Of a DNA stretch of 64,000 nucleotides, positions 29,496 to 40,822 are shown piece by piece. The first letter of the stretch is position 1. Each line of letters opens with the position of its first letter. The translations under genes and the position numbers were made by a program. The notes under the pieces were generated by a model. The model ran no database searches, was not told where the DNA came from, and saw nothing but the letters and a program-made list of their open reading frames with translations. The stretch is from positions 32,001-96,000 of IMG/VR virus record IMGVR_UViG_3300009488_000018; one strand, given 5' to 3'. The stretch is from a virus.

Positions 29496-29572
29496 CGGCG
29501 TGTAACTCAGCCTGGTAGAGGGCATGGTTTGGGACCATGCAGTCGGCGGTTCAAATCCGTCCACGCCGACCA
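29496..29572 (+). tRNA. tRNA-Pro(UGG)
   Basis: CATGG-TTTGGGA-CCATG, CCA. Confidence 0.92.
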
Positions 29573-29804
29573 TTAAGAAAGGAGCGAATATGGGTTTACT
29601 TGGTGGAACAATAAAAGAAGGTTCTTGGTGGTTAAATAGCAAGTCAGATCCTAGATGGAACGTAGAAGGACGTTCATCATATGTGGGCGGACTTGTGATG
29701 CCATCTGACTGCGAATCTAAAATTGAAGAACTAAAAAAAGAACTTGGTGAGCCCCCAGACGATTTGGAATGGGGATACATGAAAGATTAAGAAAAGGAGA
29801 AAGA

Positions 29805-32258
29805 ATGGCAATAAAATATCCACCTTTACCAGTAACATTTAATGTTGAGAAAGAAGTGGCTTTTTATTATTCGTCAGTTATTTCGCAAATACTAAATTGC
29901 AGTTTCAAAGCGAGATTTAATACAGATGGTCTTTTTGAATCGTCTGAAATTAAACTCCTTGCCGAATATAAATGTGGTGTTTCACTAACTAAAAAAGGTT
30001 TAATTCAATGTGTTGTACAAAATTTATTCTATATCAAAAGGATTGAGAAGGCAGGAGAATTATTACCAAATGTTATTTTTATTGGTAATGAAGAAAACTA
30101 TTGTATCTTTGATTCTTCAAATTTAAATGAGTATCTTAAATTAGACGTAAATTGGTTTGAAATATCTCCAAGTCAAGCTTTTATAAAACCACCAGAAGTA
30201 CTTTATAACGCTATCGAAAAAAGTTTTACTGTGCACCTATATTCATTATCTAATATACCAATTTTAGAACAAATTATTAATAATTTTAGGAATAATAATA
30301 TAGGATTAAAGATGACAGTAAACAATGATAATGTTGGAATGTTATTTGAAGAATTTATAACTTCAAATATTGTAGCGCAAAAATTAGAACCGCATGAAGT
30401 GGTAGCATTATTTGCTAGCATTCTCTTTGGTGAATGTTCTGATATTGTGAAAGATGAAAACAAAATAACAACACCCTTGTCAAACAAACAAATAGTAAAA
30501 ATTTATCGAAAAAATTACGACTCATTTTTAAAGATTGTAAAAGAAGTTGGTGATATAAAAATAAAAGACGAGATAATGGCTCAATCAGATCGCCTAATCG
30601 AAGAAGTTTATCGACGATTCCACGGAGAATTCTACACACCAAAGATCTGGGTTAATGAAGCTCATAAAATGATTTGTGAAACAATTGACCCACATTGGTA
30701 TGAAAATTATGTTGTCTGGGATACTTGTTGTGGTCTTGCAAATCTCACTAGAGATTATACATTTACAGAATTATATATGTCAACGTTACATCAAGAAGAT
30801 ATTGATATCATAAAACAGAGAGGATATAATCCAGAGGCTAAAGCAATATTTCAATATGATTTTTTAAATGATGATGTTCTAGCAGATGAAAATGTACTAC
30901 CAATGGTTCCAAACAATTATATTTCTAAACTAGAACAACTGGCTCCAGGTTTAATCGAAGCTTTTCAGGAGAACAAGAAGATCTTAATTATTATGAATCC
31001 ACCATACGGAGCTGCAGGAGGAAGCAAGATCCTTTCAATTAGAAAAGAAAATATTTCGAACACTAAAATTAAAAATATTATGAAAAATCAAAAGTTAGCT
31101 CACGCATCTTTACAACTATTTTGTCAGTTTTTATTTAGAATTATTGGATTTAAGAAATACTATAACGAAACAAATATAAGTATAGCATCTTTTTCAACAC
31201 CAATATTTTTAGCTGGTCCTTCATTTAAGAATTTTAGAAAGTTATACTTAAATGAATTTAGCTACATAAGAAGCATTTTTTTCAGATCAGATGAATTTGA
31301 TTCTGTTTCTGGAATTTGGGGAATCTTATTTAGTCTTTGGAATAGCGGTAAAACAATAATTCAAGACTCCTTTGTAACAACAATGGTTGACAAAGATACT
31401 ACATTAAACAAAGTACTATACAATACTGACAATGTGGAACCAGCTACTAGTCACTTAAAAAGAACAGTTCCAGAAAAAAGTTGGATTGAATATCCGAACT
31501 TTAGTAGTGGATTGGTAGTTAAAGAGACACATAACTTGTTTTTGAAAAATTCAATTGGTACATTTGTTACAGCAAGTAATGATGTGAATCAATCAATTTT
31601 TGTTACTGGCGTCCTAAGCGGTGCATCATCAATTGGTGGAATTCCTATTACAAAAAACAATTTTTTAGATTTTGTTAGCTTATTTACTGCAAAAACAAGA
31701 GCTCCCAGACACTGGAGTACAATGCATGACCAATTTTTAGTTCCTAATAAACAAATAGATGGATATCAACAATGGAATTATGATGCTATTGTATATACAA
31801 TTTTTAAAGAGGCACAAGTATCTACGTCTGTTCGTAATATATTTTATAAAAATAAGCAATGGAATATCAAAAACGAATTCTTCTGGTTACCGAACCAATT
31901 TATGCAAGATTTAGCAAACCAGAACAATTTTGAAGAGTTATACAGAGATGCAAATACATTTAATCAAGAAAGATTTGTATATCAAGAACTACAAAAAGTT
32001 AACTTAAGTCCAGATGCAAAAGAAGTATTAGATAAAACTATTGAGTTAGTAATAAAAATATTTCCCTATAGAAAAAAGTGGCATGATCTACATCCAGATT
32101 GGCATTTACAAACTTGGGATGCAGGTTGGTATCAAACTAAGTTAATATTAAAGAATGAACCAGATTTGAAAAAAGACTTCGATGATTTTAAAGAGCTTTA
32201 TAAAAAGTTTGAAGACAGAATGAGAGAAGGAGTGTATAAATTTGGATTTTTGAAGTAA
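29805..32258 (+). CDS. Type IIG-like fused restriction endonuclease/adenine methyltransferase
   Basis: N-terminal TDG...AEYK (PD-(D/E)xK-like); GEFYTP, WDTCCG (motif I), NPPY (motif IV); C-terminal TRD-sized region. Confidence 0.78.
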   Translation: MAIKYPPLPVTFNVEKEVAFYYSSVISQILNCSFKARFNTDGLFESSEIKLLAEYKCGVSLTKKGLIQCVVQNLFYIKRIEKAGELLPNVIFIGNEENYCIFDSSNLNEYLKLDVNWFEISPSQAFIKPPEVLYNAIEKSFTVHLYSLSNIPILEQIINNFRNNNIGLKMTVNNDNVGMLFEEFITSNIVAQKLEPHEVVALFASILFGECSDIVKDENKITTPLSNKQIVKIYRKNYDSFLKIVKEVGDIKIKDEIMAQSDRLIEEVYRRFHGEFYTPKIWVNEAHKMICETIDPHWYENYVVWDTCCGLANLTRDYTFTELYMSTLHQEDIDIIKQRGYNPEAKAIFQYDFLNDDVLADENVLPMVPNNYISKLEQLAPGLIEAFQENKKILIIMNPPYGAAGGSKILSIRKENISNTKIKNIMKNQKLAHASLQLFCQFLFRIIGFKKYYNETNISIASFSTPIFLAGPSFKNFRKLYLNEFSYIRSIFFRSDEFDSVSGIWGILFSLWNSGKTIIQDSFVTTMVDKDTTLNKVLYNTDNVEPATSHLKRTVPEKSWIEYPNFSSGLVVKETHNLFLKNSIGTFVTASNDVNQSIFVTGVLSGASSIGGIPITKNNFLDFVSLFTAKTRAPRHWSTMHDQFLVPNKQIDGYQQWNYDAIVYTIFKEAQVSTSVRNIFYKNKQWNIKNEFFWLPNQFMQDLANQNNFEELYRDANTFNQERFVYQELQKVNLSPDAKEVLDKTIELVIKIFPYRKKWHDLHPDWHLQTWDAGWYQTKLILKNEPDLKKDFDDFKELYKKFEDRMREGVYKFGFLK

Positions 32259-32704
32259 TAAAGGAGAATAAAATGAACGAAGAAACAGTAGAACTAACAT
32301 TTGATGACATTGAACCTTTACAAAAGGCTTTAAATGAAATGAACCCCAGTTCGGGTGGTCTTGAATATAAAGGTTTCTTTTGGGACTGGAGGATGGCTCA
32401 AAATGCTTTAGAAGATTTGAAGGAAAGGCAAGAACATTTACAAGAGGAAGAGTAAAATGAAAAAGATACTAATAATGTTGTTATTCCTTGGTGGATGCGT
32501 AACAACTCCAGCAACATATAATCCAGTAGCAGAAAGACAGTTAGAACGTCACTATGACTCACGAGGAAGATACAGTGGTTATACTCAAATAAAGATATAT
32601 AAAGATGGAAGTGTTGTTAAAGAACATTTTGATAAGAAAGGAAAATACATAGGACGTTCTCGTATAAATTAAATGAATACTAGAACTTAGAAAGGAGAGT
32701 AAGA

Positions 32705-33826
32705 GTGAAATATTTTTATCAAATATATAGAATAACAACTTACGAAATTTTTATGAACAGTGACAGAACAATAACTGGAGTTACAATTCGTTCGCAAAAT
32801 CTATGTGATAAGGTTGAAGTCGGTGATAGATTTATATGTTATTTATCAGGTATTAGTAGATGGTTTGGAGTTTTAGAGGTAGAGTCAAAAAGTCACTTAG
32901 ACAAAGAAAAGAAAATATTCTACGAGAAAGATCCTTTCGTTATTCACTTTAAAGTGAAACCATTAGTATTGTTAGATATTGAAAACTCAATTCCACGTTC
33001 TGACCCGTCTCTCGCTTCTACTTATTTTTCGTCACATGACAGATCTGTTAATATTAAATTATGGCGATCAATTGGTCCATTAGATCCTTCTGACGGTTCT
33101 ATTTTAGAGAAAGAACTAACTTTCCAATCTTCCTCTAAAAAAGTTTTTCCATTGCAAAAAAATATAGTAGAAAATTGCAGATCATTTGATAGACGAGAAC
33201 TAGAAAAGAAAGGATATTGTACACTAAGTGAAAATCAAATAACAACCTCCAAGGAGTTATCTGAGCCAGACAAAGAAGAGAACGAAGAAGATATCAATCA
33301 AGGAACTAGAGAATCATTAAAGATTCAAGCTCTCCTTGCCAAAATTGGAGAGACAATGGGATTCAAAATTTGGATACCAACACAAGACAGAAATAGAGTC
33401 ATCAAAGAGTGTCAAATTAATGAAGAATCTGTTCTGTCTACTTTACCTTTTAATTACAATAATATCACAACAAAAACTATTGAACAAATTGATATTATCT
33501 GGGTTCAAAAAAGTTATATCGTTCGAGCTTTTGAAGTAGAAGACACAACTTCAATATACTCTGGTTTATTAAGAATGTCAGATTTAATTTCTTTACAGTC
33601 AAACTTAGATATTAAATTACATATTGTTGCTCCAGATTCTCGAAGAGAAAAAGTTCTCGGCGAGATTAAACGACCTACTTTCGACAGTCTTCCAAAGCCA
33701 CTACCTGATATATGTAGTTATTTATCATATGACAGTATCGTCGAGATATCTAGAAATAGACATCTTAATAGACTAAAAGATAGTATCTTAGACGATTATG
33801 AAGAAATAGTAGATCCATTACTATAA
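32705..33826 (+). CDS. EVE/PUA-domain protein fused to a PD-(D/E)xK nuclease
   Basis: N-terminal VEVGDRFICY...GVLEV; C-terminal IDIIW...AFEVEDTTSIYSGLLRMSDL. Confidence 0.72.
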   Translation: MKYFYQIYRITTYEIFMNSDRTITGVTIRSQNLCDKVEVGDRFICYLSGISRWFGVLEVESKSHLDKEKKIFYEKDPFVIHFKVKPLVLLDIENSIPRSDPSLASTYFSSHDRSVNIKLWRSIGPLDPSDGSILEKELTFQSSSKKVFPLQKNIVENCRSFDRRELEKKGYCTLSENQITTSKELSEPDKEENEEDINQGTRESLKIQALLAKIGETMGFKIWIPTQDRNRVIKECQINEESVLSTLPFNYNNITTKTIEQIDIIWVQKSYIVRAFEVEDTTSIYSGLLRMSDLISLQSNLDIKLHIVAPDSRREKVLGEIKRPTFDSLPKPLPDICSYLSYDSIVEISRNRHLNRLKDSILDDYEEIVDPLL

Positions 33827-34635
33827 TAAGAAAATGCACATGGTATACAAAACTGGATATAATCACTTTCTAAAAAAGGTGAAGAAATGAGAAAAATATT
33901 AAGTTTCGAAGAAGAAAACGGACTTTATGTTTGTCAAATGCAATATAAAGAGGAAACTACAGGTGTAGCTTACCTTACTAAAGCAGAATTCTTTCGAGCA
34001 AAACTAGAAGAGAAACTTGAGACAATTGACCCTTCTTTAGTTAACGACTTAAATAAAGTTATTGATCTTACTATAGAAGAAGTAGAAAGTTGGTAGATTA
34101 AAATGAGAAAGTTAACACTTAAATTCATAGATGCTTGGAAAATATACTCAGAAAAAGCACCAGTAAATTATCTTGGACCACAACTTAAAGCAAATCAAGC
34201 TTACAGAATTATTGAACCATATTTAACTGGAGATGAAAAGTTCTTATTAAGCGTAGCTCGAAATCATTCTTCTATTGGAGAGGGACGAGAAGAATTTGAC
34301 GATATTTGTAAACAAATCAGACAGAGGTTAAAGTTAGATGAGAAAACGAGCAGTAAAAGATACAGAAAAAGAAATTGATGACGAACATGATTTAGACTTC
34401 TGGAGGAATAGAGGTTTATACTTCTGTACTAAGTGCTTCCACTCTGCAAAAGAAGCATCAACATGTATCAAATGTAGAGAAGAAGCAGTATACCTAAATA
34501 GTCTACGAGTAAGACCTCCAAGACAGAAAGCATCTAAAATGAGATGGAGAGAATTTTTCGAAACATGGTTACCAAATATAGATTTTAGTAATGCGTGGGA
34601 AAGAAGAAAATTGTATCTAAAAAACAGGTAAAGAA

Positions 34636-34941
34636 ATGGGAGAAATAATCACATACATATCTGATAAAAGACATGAAGGCATTCTCCTCATTCTCTGGAT
34701 TTCAATGGGTGGTATATCACTTATCTTCATGATAATCTTTGACTTTCTTAAAAACAACGGTAATATAATTGCTGATCTTGATGGTGATGACATGATAATT
34801 ATCATAATGTTTATGATGTTAGGACCGATGGGCGGTGCTTTCACAATAATAATTTACATGAAAGAATATAAAGAGTATAGAGAGAAAGCCAAGAAAGACG
34901 CACGATGGTGGGAACTAAGAGAATATGGAGGATGGAAATGA
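34636..34941 (+). CDS. Two-TM membrane protein with C-terminal WWELREYGGWK
   Basis: Two hydrophobic segments. Confidence 0.65.
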   Translation: MGEIITYISDKRHEGILLILWISMGGISLIFMIIFDFLKNNGNIIADLDGDDMIIIIMFMMLGPMGGAFTIIIYMKEYKEYREKAKKDARWWELREYGGWK

Positions 34942-35249
34942 GAATATATCAATTACTTTCTACACTGAGTACAGATCCTAAAATCTATGTTATTATTTGG
35001 CTCTTATTACCTACTATAATGATCATGACTCTTTTAACCATCGATTTATTCCGACGTGGTATTAAAGAATTTAAAAGAAAATATATAAACGGTTTTCCCT
35101 TTACGGGTTGTTTAATATTAATACTCTTTGGTCCAGCAAGTTGTGGAGTTTTAATAGTAGCTTACAAAAACGCAATAAAAAAAGAAAGAGAAAAAGCTGC
35201 AAGAATGTTTCCATGGTGGCAACTCAAAGAATATGGAGGATGGAAATGA
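34938..35249 (+). CDS. Two-TM membrane protein with C-terminal WWQLKEYGGWK
   Basis: ATGA overlap with the upstream gene; two hydrophobic segments. Confidence 0.65.
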   Translation: MRIYQLLSTLSTDPKIYVIIWLLLPTIMIMTLLTIDLFRRGIKEFKRKYINGFPFTGCLILILFGPASCGVLIVAYKNAIKKEREKAARMFPWWQLKEYGGWK

Positions 35250-35446
35250 AAAGTACATTAATAATTTGGTTTTCAATTTCTATCATTACTATGATTTTAG
35301 GTACTTGTATTAATATCAAAAAAAGAGGTTTTAAAAATGCTTCAAAACAAATACTTTACTATTACCCACAGTTTATAATACTACTTTGTCTTGGACCAGT
35401 TACTCCTCTCATGTTTATACATAGATACATACAAACAAAACTTTAA
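35246..35446 (+). CDS. Two-TM membrane protein
   Basis: ATGA overlap; LGP motif shared with the two upstream proteins. Confidence 0.55.
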   Translation: MKSTLIIWFSISIITMILGTCINIKKRGFKNASKQILYYYPQFIILLCLGPVTPLMFIHRYIQTKL

Positions 35447-35662
35447 TAAGAGGAAGATAAAATGGAAGCATGGAAATTAATTATAACTTTGATTTTATCG
35501 ACAATAGTTGCAACATCATTTGGAGTACTAATAATTCCTCCAGAATGTAGATCATTATATATGATATTATCTATAGGAATACCTGTATTAATAATTGGAA
35601 CAATCTGTTACTTTATCATATATATAACAGATAAGAAATTACGTAGAAGAAAAACTAAAACT

Positions 35663-35750
35663 GGTCGAGTGATGTAACTGGCAGGCATATCGGACTTAAA
35701 ATCCGGTGGGGTTTATCCTCGTGGGGGTTCAACTCCCCCCTCGACCACTA
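35663..35750 (+). tRNA. tRNA-Leu(UAA)
   Basis: TCGGA-CTTAAAA-TCCGG, long variable arm. Confidence 0.9.
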
Positions 35751-36091
35751 AGGAGAATATATGAAGTTTATACTATACAAAATCGAAAGATTTCTTATAC
35801 GAATTGAACTTTTCTTCACCGGACACTGGACATATTGTGATGGTTGTAAAAGGTTCAGTCCACAATATTATTGTCCTTATTGTAGATAGCCTAAAGGAGA
35901 ACTGACATGAAAGTATTTCTGACTAAGGCATTTGATGTTACTATCTTCAGAGCATTTACTCCGTCGCCAGCAGGATTTGTACATGAGAAAGTTGCTAAAG
36001 AGTACTGTAAAACATGTAACGATGCTCATCCAGATATAGTTTATGCTTACGAGGAAGTAGAAATCTCTGAAGCAAATAGTTTAAAACCCTA

Positions 36092-36175
36092 GCCTGAGTG
36101 GTGGAATTGGTATACACGCACGGTTTAGGCCCGTGTGTCTTTGACATGGAGGTTCGAGTCCTCTCTCAGGCACCA
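36092..36175 (+). tRNA. tRNA-Leu(UAG)
   Basis: CACGG-TTTAGGC-CCGTG, long variable arm, CCA. Confidence 0.92.
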
Positions 36176-36377
36176 AACATTAAAAGGAGGTAACATGACT
36201 AGTTACAAAAAGGCTCTCAAAAAGTATCAAGAGTCTTTCGGAGACGATCTAAGTTTTTTTAATAAACTAACAATATTTCTTACTAAAGACACTCCGACTT
36301 ACGTACTGTTTTGCCTTGGATTAGTTTTAATCGTGGGAGTAATTATGTTTATTTCAAGTTAACCATATAGTAATCAG

Positions 36378-36464
36378 GTCTGAGTGGTGGAATTTGGTAG
36401 ACACGCTTGATTCAAACTTAAGTGTTCTTAGAACGTGGGGGTTCGAGTCCCTCCTCAGACACTA
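36378..36464 (+). tRNA. tRNA-Leu(CAA)
   Basis: CTTGA-TTCAAAC-TTAAG, long variable arm. Confidence 0.88.
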
Positions 36465-36486
36465 ACTTAGAAAGGAGATTTTCAGA

Positions 36487-37236
36487 ATGAAGTCCGAACT
36501 ATCATTAACGTTCGATAACGAATTTCAGTTATGTTTCAAAAGTTTTACACCAAGAGGAGAGTGGAAACTTACACCAATCAAATATGGTTGTCAAATCGTT
36601 GGTTTTGGGGGTGAAATAGCAATCGTTGTTCAATATGTTACTCGTCAGAGTGGTTACGCTGATGCAATGATCTCAGTTACCGAAGTTGATGGAGAAATTT
36701 TCTTAATGAAAGAACATGTTAAAACTGATAAACTTATTGATACGATTAACAACATGATTAATACAATGTTACCACATGAACCTGGTGAAATACCTGGAGA
36801 AAGTAAATCCCATTCTCGTAAAAAAAGAGATCCTGAAATGAATAAAGAAATATATAATATTGCCTTAACAGAAAAACAAGTAACTGGTCTTCATATTGAA
36901 CCCAGAACTATTGAGAGAGTTATTGACAACATTACCAAACAAGCTACAGATCAGGGATATATTCCCGTTAGAAAAATAATCAGCAAGAGACTTACCGAGA
37001 TCAAGACTGACCTTGAAAATCTTATTTCTGAAGCAGATGGAATTCTCGAAGAAACTGATCCCGAATTACATAAAGCCGCTGCTAAAAAGGGTATGGGCTG
37101 GATAAATATTATAACAGCTTCACTCAGTCCCGAGGAAATGAACGTCTTCAGTGAATCAATGATTTACATGGAAGATACTATTCATGTTTTAGAAGGTTCG
37201 GTAGACCGTGGACTTGGTTTACATGGCCGAGGTTAA
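36487..37236 (+). CDS. Hypothetical protein
   Basis: 249-aa ORF with AAGGAG RBS. Confidence 0.65.
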   Translation: MKSELSLTFDNEFQLCFKSFTPRGEWKLTPIKYGCQIVGFGGEIAIVVQYVTRQSGYADAMISVTEVDGEIFLMKEHVKTDKLIDTINNMINTMLPHEPGEIPGESKSHSRKKRDPEMNKEIYNIALTEKQVTGLHIEPRTIERVIDNITKQATDQGYIPVRKIISKRLTEIKTDLENLISEADGILEETDPELHKAAAKKGMGWINIITASLSPEEMNVFSESMIYMEDTIHVLEGSVDRGLGLHGRG

Positions 37237-37577
37237 ATACACTGTAAGGAGTTAATTGGTAGAAAGAGGAGAAGAAAAAATGTTAAATTACATAAGAAAG
37301 GCAGTTATCTGGTTACAGTGGTATTGGGTCAAGAAAACAAGATGGAGGAAGTACGATACCACCTTACCAAAACAAGGAGAATGATATGAAAAAGAAAGAA
37401 AAAACATATCTTGTAGTACAGTTAACAGAAACCGACGGTGAAATTGTAGTCAAAAGAATGACAGGAGAAGAAATAAGGTCACTGACTCAGGATAGTTCTG
37501 AACAAATAGGTATGACTATTATTGAAGGTAACTTAATAAAAGGACCTGATTCTGTTATAGATCTTAAACATTTATAA

Positions 37578-37653
37578 GCCGGTGTAGCTCAGATGGCCAG
37601 AGCTGGGGTTTTGTAAACCTCATGCCGGGGGTTCGACTCCCTCCGCCGGCCCA
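37578..37653 (+). tRNA. tRNA-Thr(UGU)
   Basis: GGGGT-TTTGTAA-ACCTC. Confidence 0.9.
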
Positions 37654-38188
37654 TTCAAAAGGAGTAAAATGTATAAAGTAACACTTGTGACATTAGAAGG
37701 TGGTAAAAATCTACGCACTAAAACAGTTAAAGGGATAACTAATAAGTTACCCAAAATAAACGAAAGATTTTTCATGGTAAGTAGCGCTTTAGAAAAAGGA
37801 AAAAGTATCAGAACAATAGATACGAGTCCTGTAGAAAGTATTGAATATAGCGACGAAAAGAATACAAGAGTATTTAAAACGAAATATTCTAGATACAAAA
37901 TTACTCACGAAAAAATAAAAGAGGTGAACTATGGACGTACTTTTAATAATATCGTCAATAATAGCAGGACTTGCCACTGATATTATTATTATAATGTTTT
38001 GTTTAATAGTATTAACATCTGTTATATGTTACTGGAAAGAAATCGAAACCAAATTTGAGAACAAACGTTATAAAAGAATATTTTGGTTAAGTTTTGTTAT
38101 CATAGCTACTATTATGATAATAATAAGCTACTCAATAAAAACACCTGGTGAACATCTATGTAAATTTTTAGTCAGCGCAATAAATTAA

Positions 38189-38261
38189 TCGCGGGTCGAT
38201 CAGTGGTTTAGGTCACAGGGCTTTGAACCCTGCAACGGAGGTTCGAATCCTCTCCCGTGAG
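38189..38261 (+). tRNA. tRNA-Gln(UUG)
   Basis: CAGGG-CTTTGAA-CCCTG, U1-A72, G73. Confidence 0.9.
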
Positions 38262-38269
38262 TAAAAATT

Positions 38270-38347
38270 GGGGGTATGGTCTAGTTGGTCAAGGACGTCT
38301 GCCTGTCACGCAGAAGGTCTCGGGTTCAAATCCCGATACTCCCGTCA
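38270..38347 (+). tRNA. tRNA-Asp(GUC)
   Basis: TCTGC-CTGTCAC-GCAGA, G73. Confidence 0.92.
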
Positions 38348-38713
38348 AAAAAGAAAGGAAAATTTCGTGGATCTGAATAATCAAACAACAATACAAATAA
38401 TTAAGTGTGTAAAAGATTATCCGATGGTTGGGGGCTTTGTTAAAAAAGATACAATATTAACAGAAGATTTAGAAACCACAAAAAACGAATTTGATGGTAC
38501 AGTATTCATTTCTAAAGAAGGAACTGAATATCACTTCAACAATAGTGAAATAGTTTTTTCAACAGATTTCCAAAAATCATTTAAGTTACTCTGCAGAAGA
38601 AATATTAGCTAAATTATAAAGGATAGGAGAGAATAAACAAGAAAAAGACTACTATTAAGAGACAGCATGTTCGCTCAAAGAAAACATGAAATGATCGATA
38701 AAATATTAACATT

Positions 38714-39000
38714 GTTAGATTTTAGGAGGTAATAAAATTGACAAAGGTATTGATAATCGAGAGCGAAGCTGGTTGGGGGCGAAAAGTTGAAAAAGAAAAA
38801 GAGTTCGATAGTCGGGAAGAAGCCATACAGTATTGTAAGGATTATAACAACGAATATAATCCGGCTGACAAACCTACCCCAGTATGGTATATGTATGCTC
38901 GATTGGAAGATCAGGTTGAATATGGAATGTTGCGTTAAAAATCTAACCAACATATCGAGCAGGCCAGCTAACGCTAGCAGCTCATGTAAGACTGTTAGAG
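38714..39000 (+). mobile_element. Isolated integron-like gene cassette (ORF 38738..38938 plus attC-like site 38941..39000)
   Basis: Begins GTTAGATTTT; the ORF is followed by its exact complement AAAATCTAAC and a 60-bp imperfect palindrome ending GTTAGAG. Confidence 0.65.
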
Positions 39001-39139
39001 AAGTCAAAAAACTCACAAATAGCAAGATCTTTAAGGAAGAGGTCTGGAACTGAACTAGTTAAGATTTATCGTAGAGAAAAGGCTAAGAGAGGAATAACAT
39101 CAAGTTTAAATAGAATATCAACCAAAACAAGGGAAATAA

Positions 39140-39754
39140 ATGAATCCATTTGGAAAGATCATAGAAAAAAAAGATGGTACCCTGGATGCTATAATGACTC
39201 GCCAACTTACACAAAATGAATTGGAAGGGACAACAGTAGTAAATTTGAGACATATGTGTATTCGCTACTATAACATTCCAGGTATGACCCATAAAAGAAA
39301 AAATGTGATTATCGATGCTATCCTTAAAAAATATAAGACATTAGATAAAATAAAATATCAACTATTTATTTCTGAAAAACAAGCTAGAGTAATCACATCT
39401 GCTCTTGACTTGTTTTCTAGGATAGGAATTGGTCAACTCGAAGAAATTTTGAGACATCCACAATATGCAAATGTAATTTTCAACAACAATGCCACTTACA
39501 AAGTTTGCAAAGAATTATTAGATGAAACAAAAAAGCTTCTTACGAATTTTCCTCCTAATGCATCTTATGGCATAGGAAATCCTGAAGTACATAGCGATTG
39601 TACTATATCTTACGATCTTATGCAAGTTATTAGACATAGACTTGCATGGGATAATAATCCTGAAGGAGGATTACAAGTCAGCTTTGGTAAACCAATGCGC
39701 TTTTCTAATGAAGAAGAATTAGCAAAGATCAAACAGAAGACAACTAAATTTTAG
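39140..39754 (+). CDS. Hypothetical protein
   Basis: 204-aa ORF. Confidence 0.6.
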   Translation: MNPFGKIIEKKDGTLDAIMTRQLTQNELEGTTVVNLRHMCIRYYNIPGMTHKRKNVIIDAILKKYKTLDKIKYQLFISEKQARVITSALDLFSRIGIGQLEEILRHPQYANVIFNNNATYKVCKELLDETKKLLTNFPPNASYGIGNPEVHSDCTISYDLMQVIRHRLAWDNNPEGGLQVSFGKPMRFSNEEELAKIKQKTTKF

Positions 39755-39828
39755 CGCCTGTAGCTCAGTGGATACAGAGCACCAGGCTACGAACTTGGGG
39801 GTCGGGGGTTCGAATCCCCCCAGGCGTT
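39754..39828 (+). tRNA. tRNA-Arg(ACG)
   Basis: CCAGG-CTACGAA-CTTGG. Confidence 0.92.
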
Positions 39829-39861
39829 TCACAAACTAGAACAAATCTGAAGAGGTTAAAA

Positions 39862-40038
39862 ATGTTTCCAGAATTATTAGTACATCCACTAACTTGGATA
39901 ATATTAGCTTTTAATACAGCAATATTAGCACTTATAATATGTATTCTTATGGGAATACTTATAATAATAATCCTATTGTTTTTTCCAGAAAGATCAAAAT
40001 TAAGACAACGACTTGTAGACTTTGCAAGCCAAGAATAA
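39862..40038 (+). CDS. Small hydrophobic membrane protein
   Basis: GAGG RBS; MFPELLVHPLTWIILAF...; below the ORF-track length cutoff. Confidence 0.55.
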   Translation: MFPELLVHPLTWIILAFNTAILALIICILMGILIIIILLFFPERSKLRQRLVDFASQE

Positions 40039-40093
40039 ACGCCTGTAGCTAGAGCACCAGGCTACGAACTTGGGGTTCGAATCCCCAGGCGTT
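40039..40093 (+). pseudogene. Internally deleted copy of tRNA-Arg(ACG)
   Basis: Near-identical acceptor stem, identical anticodon arm and T loop; D loop and variable region missing. Confidence 0.8.
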
Positions 40094-40104
40094 CTATAGA
40101 GAAG

Positions 40105-40548
40105 ATGTATAAAGAGAAATATAAGATGATAAACAAAATATATAAAATAGCTGAAATTAATGATCCTTTTTATAGTAAACTAATTCAAGAAACATGTACA
40201 GAACTACAAATTAATCTACATAAAAGGGACGAGAAGAATCAATCATTTATTGCTGGAAAAGACATTTTCTTAGGTAAGTATGAAGACGAAGAACTAATGA
40301 TTATCTCATTCTTTCATGAAGTGGGACATATTTTAGTCAAATGGAAATACAAAAAAAGAACAAGACTTAACACTCTAATGATCGAACTAAAGGCATGGGA
40401 CTTAGGTATTCAATATGCATTAAATAAAGGGTTATTATTTTCCGACAATGCTCTCAAGTGGGGTTACGAACGGGCGATAGGATACGCAGGGCATGATAAA
40501 AGAGAACGTGTAGGATGGAAATTTAATAAACATGCTTTAGATGTTTAG
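40105..40548 (+). CDS. HExxH metallopeptidase-like protein
   Basis: FFHEVGH...ELKAW. Confidence 0.55.
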   Translation: MYKEKYKMINKIYKIAEINDPFYSKLIQETCTELQINLHKRDEKNQSFIAGKDIFLGKYEDEELMIISFFHEVGHILVKWKYKKRTRLNTLMIELKAWDLGIQYALNKGLLFSDNALKWGYERAIGYAGHDKRERVGWKFNKHALDV

Positions 40549-40822
40549 AGTACCAAAATTAGAAAGGAAATAAAATATAATGGCAGGAATAGATAAAATT
40601 TATGGAAATAAAGCGCAGTATAGTGAACTTCGTTCTTGGTGTGAGAGAAATAAACCAGAGGCATTATTATATTTCTATCCTTGGGAAGGTGAATGGTTGA
40701 CGGACAATGAACAACATCCCATTACTAATTTCCCAGAAAAAATTGATAAGTGGCTCTTAAAAAACTGTACTCTCAGTTGGGTAGTTAAATACATCAAAGA
40801 GCAGTATGGTAACAGATTATAA

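Noticed and set aside
37216-37247. TGGCCGAGGTTAA...CTGTAA resembling a tRNA-Tyr 5-prime half
   Set aside because: No T arm or acceptor complement; lies in a coding end; too weak
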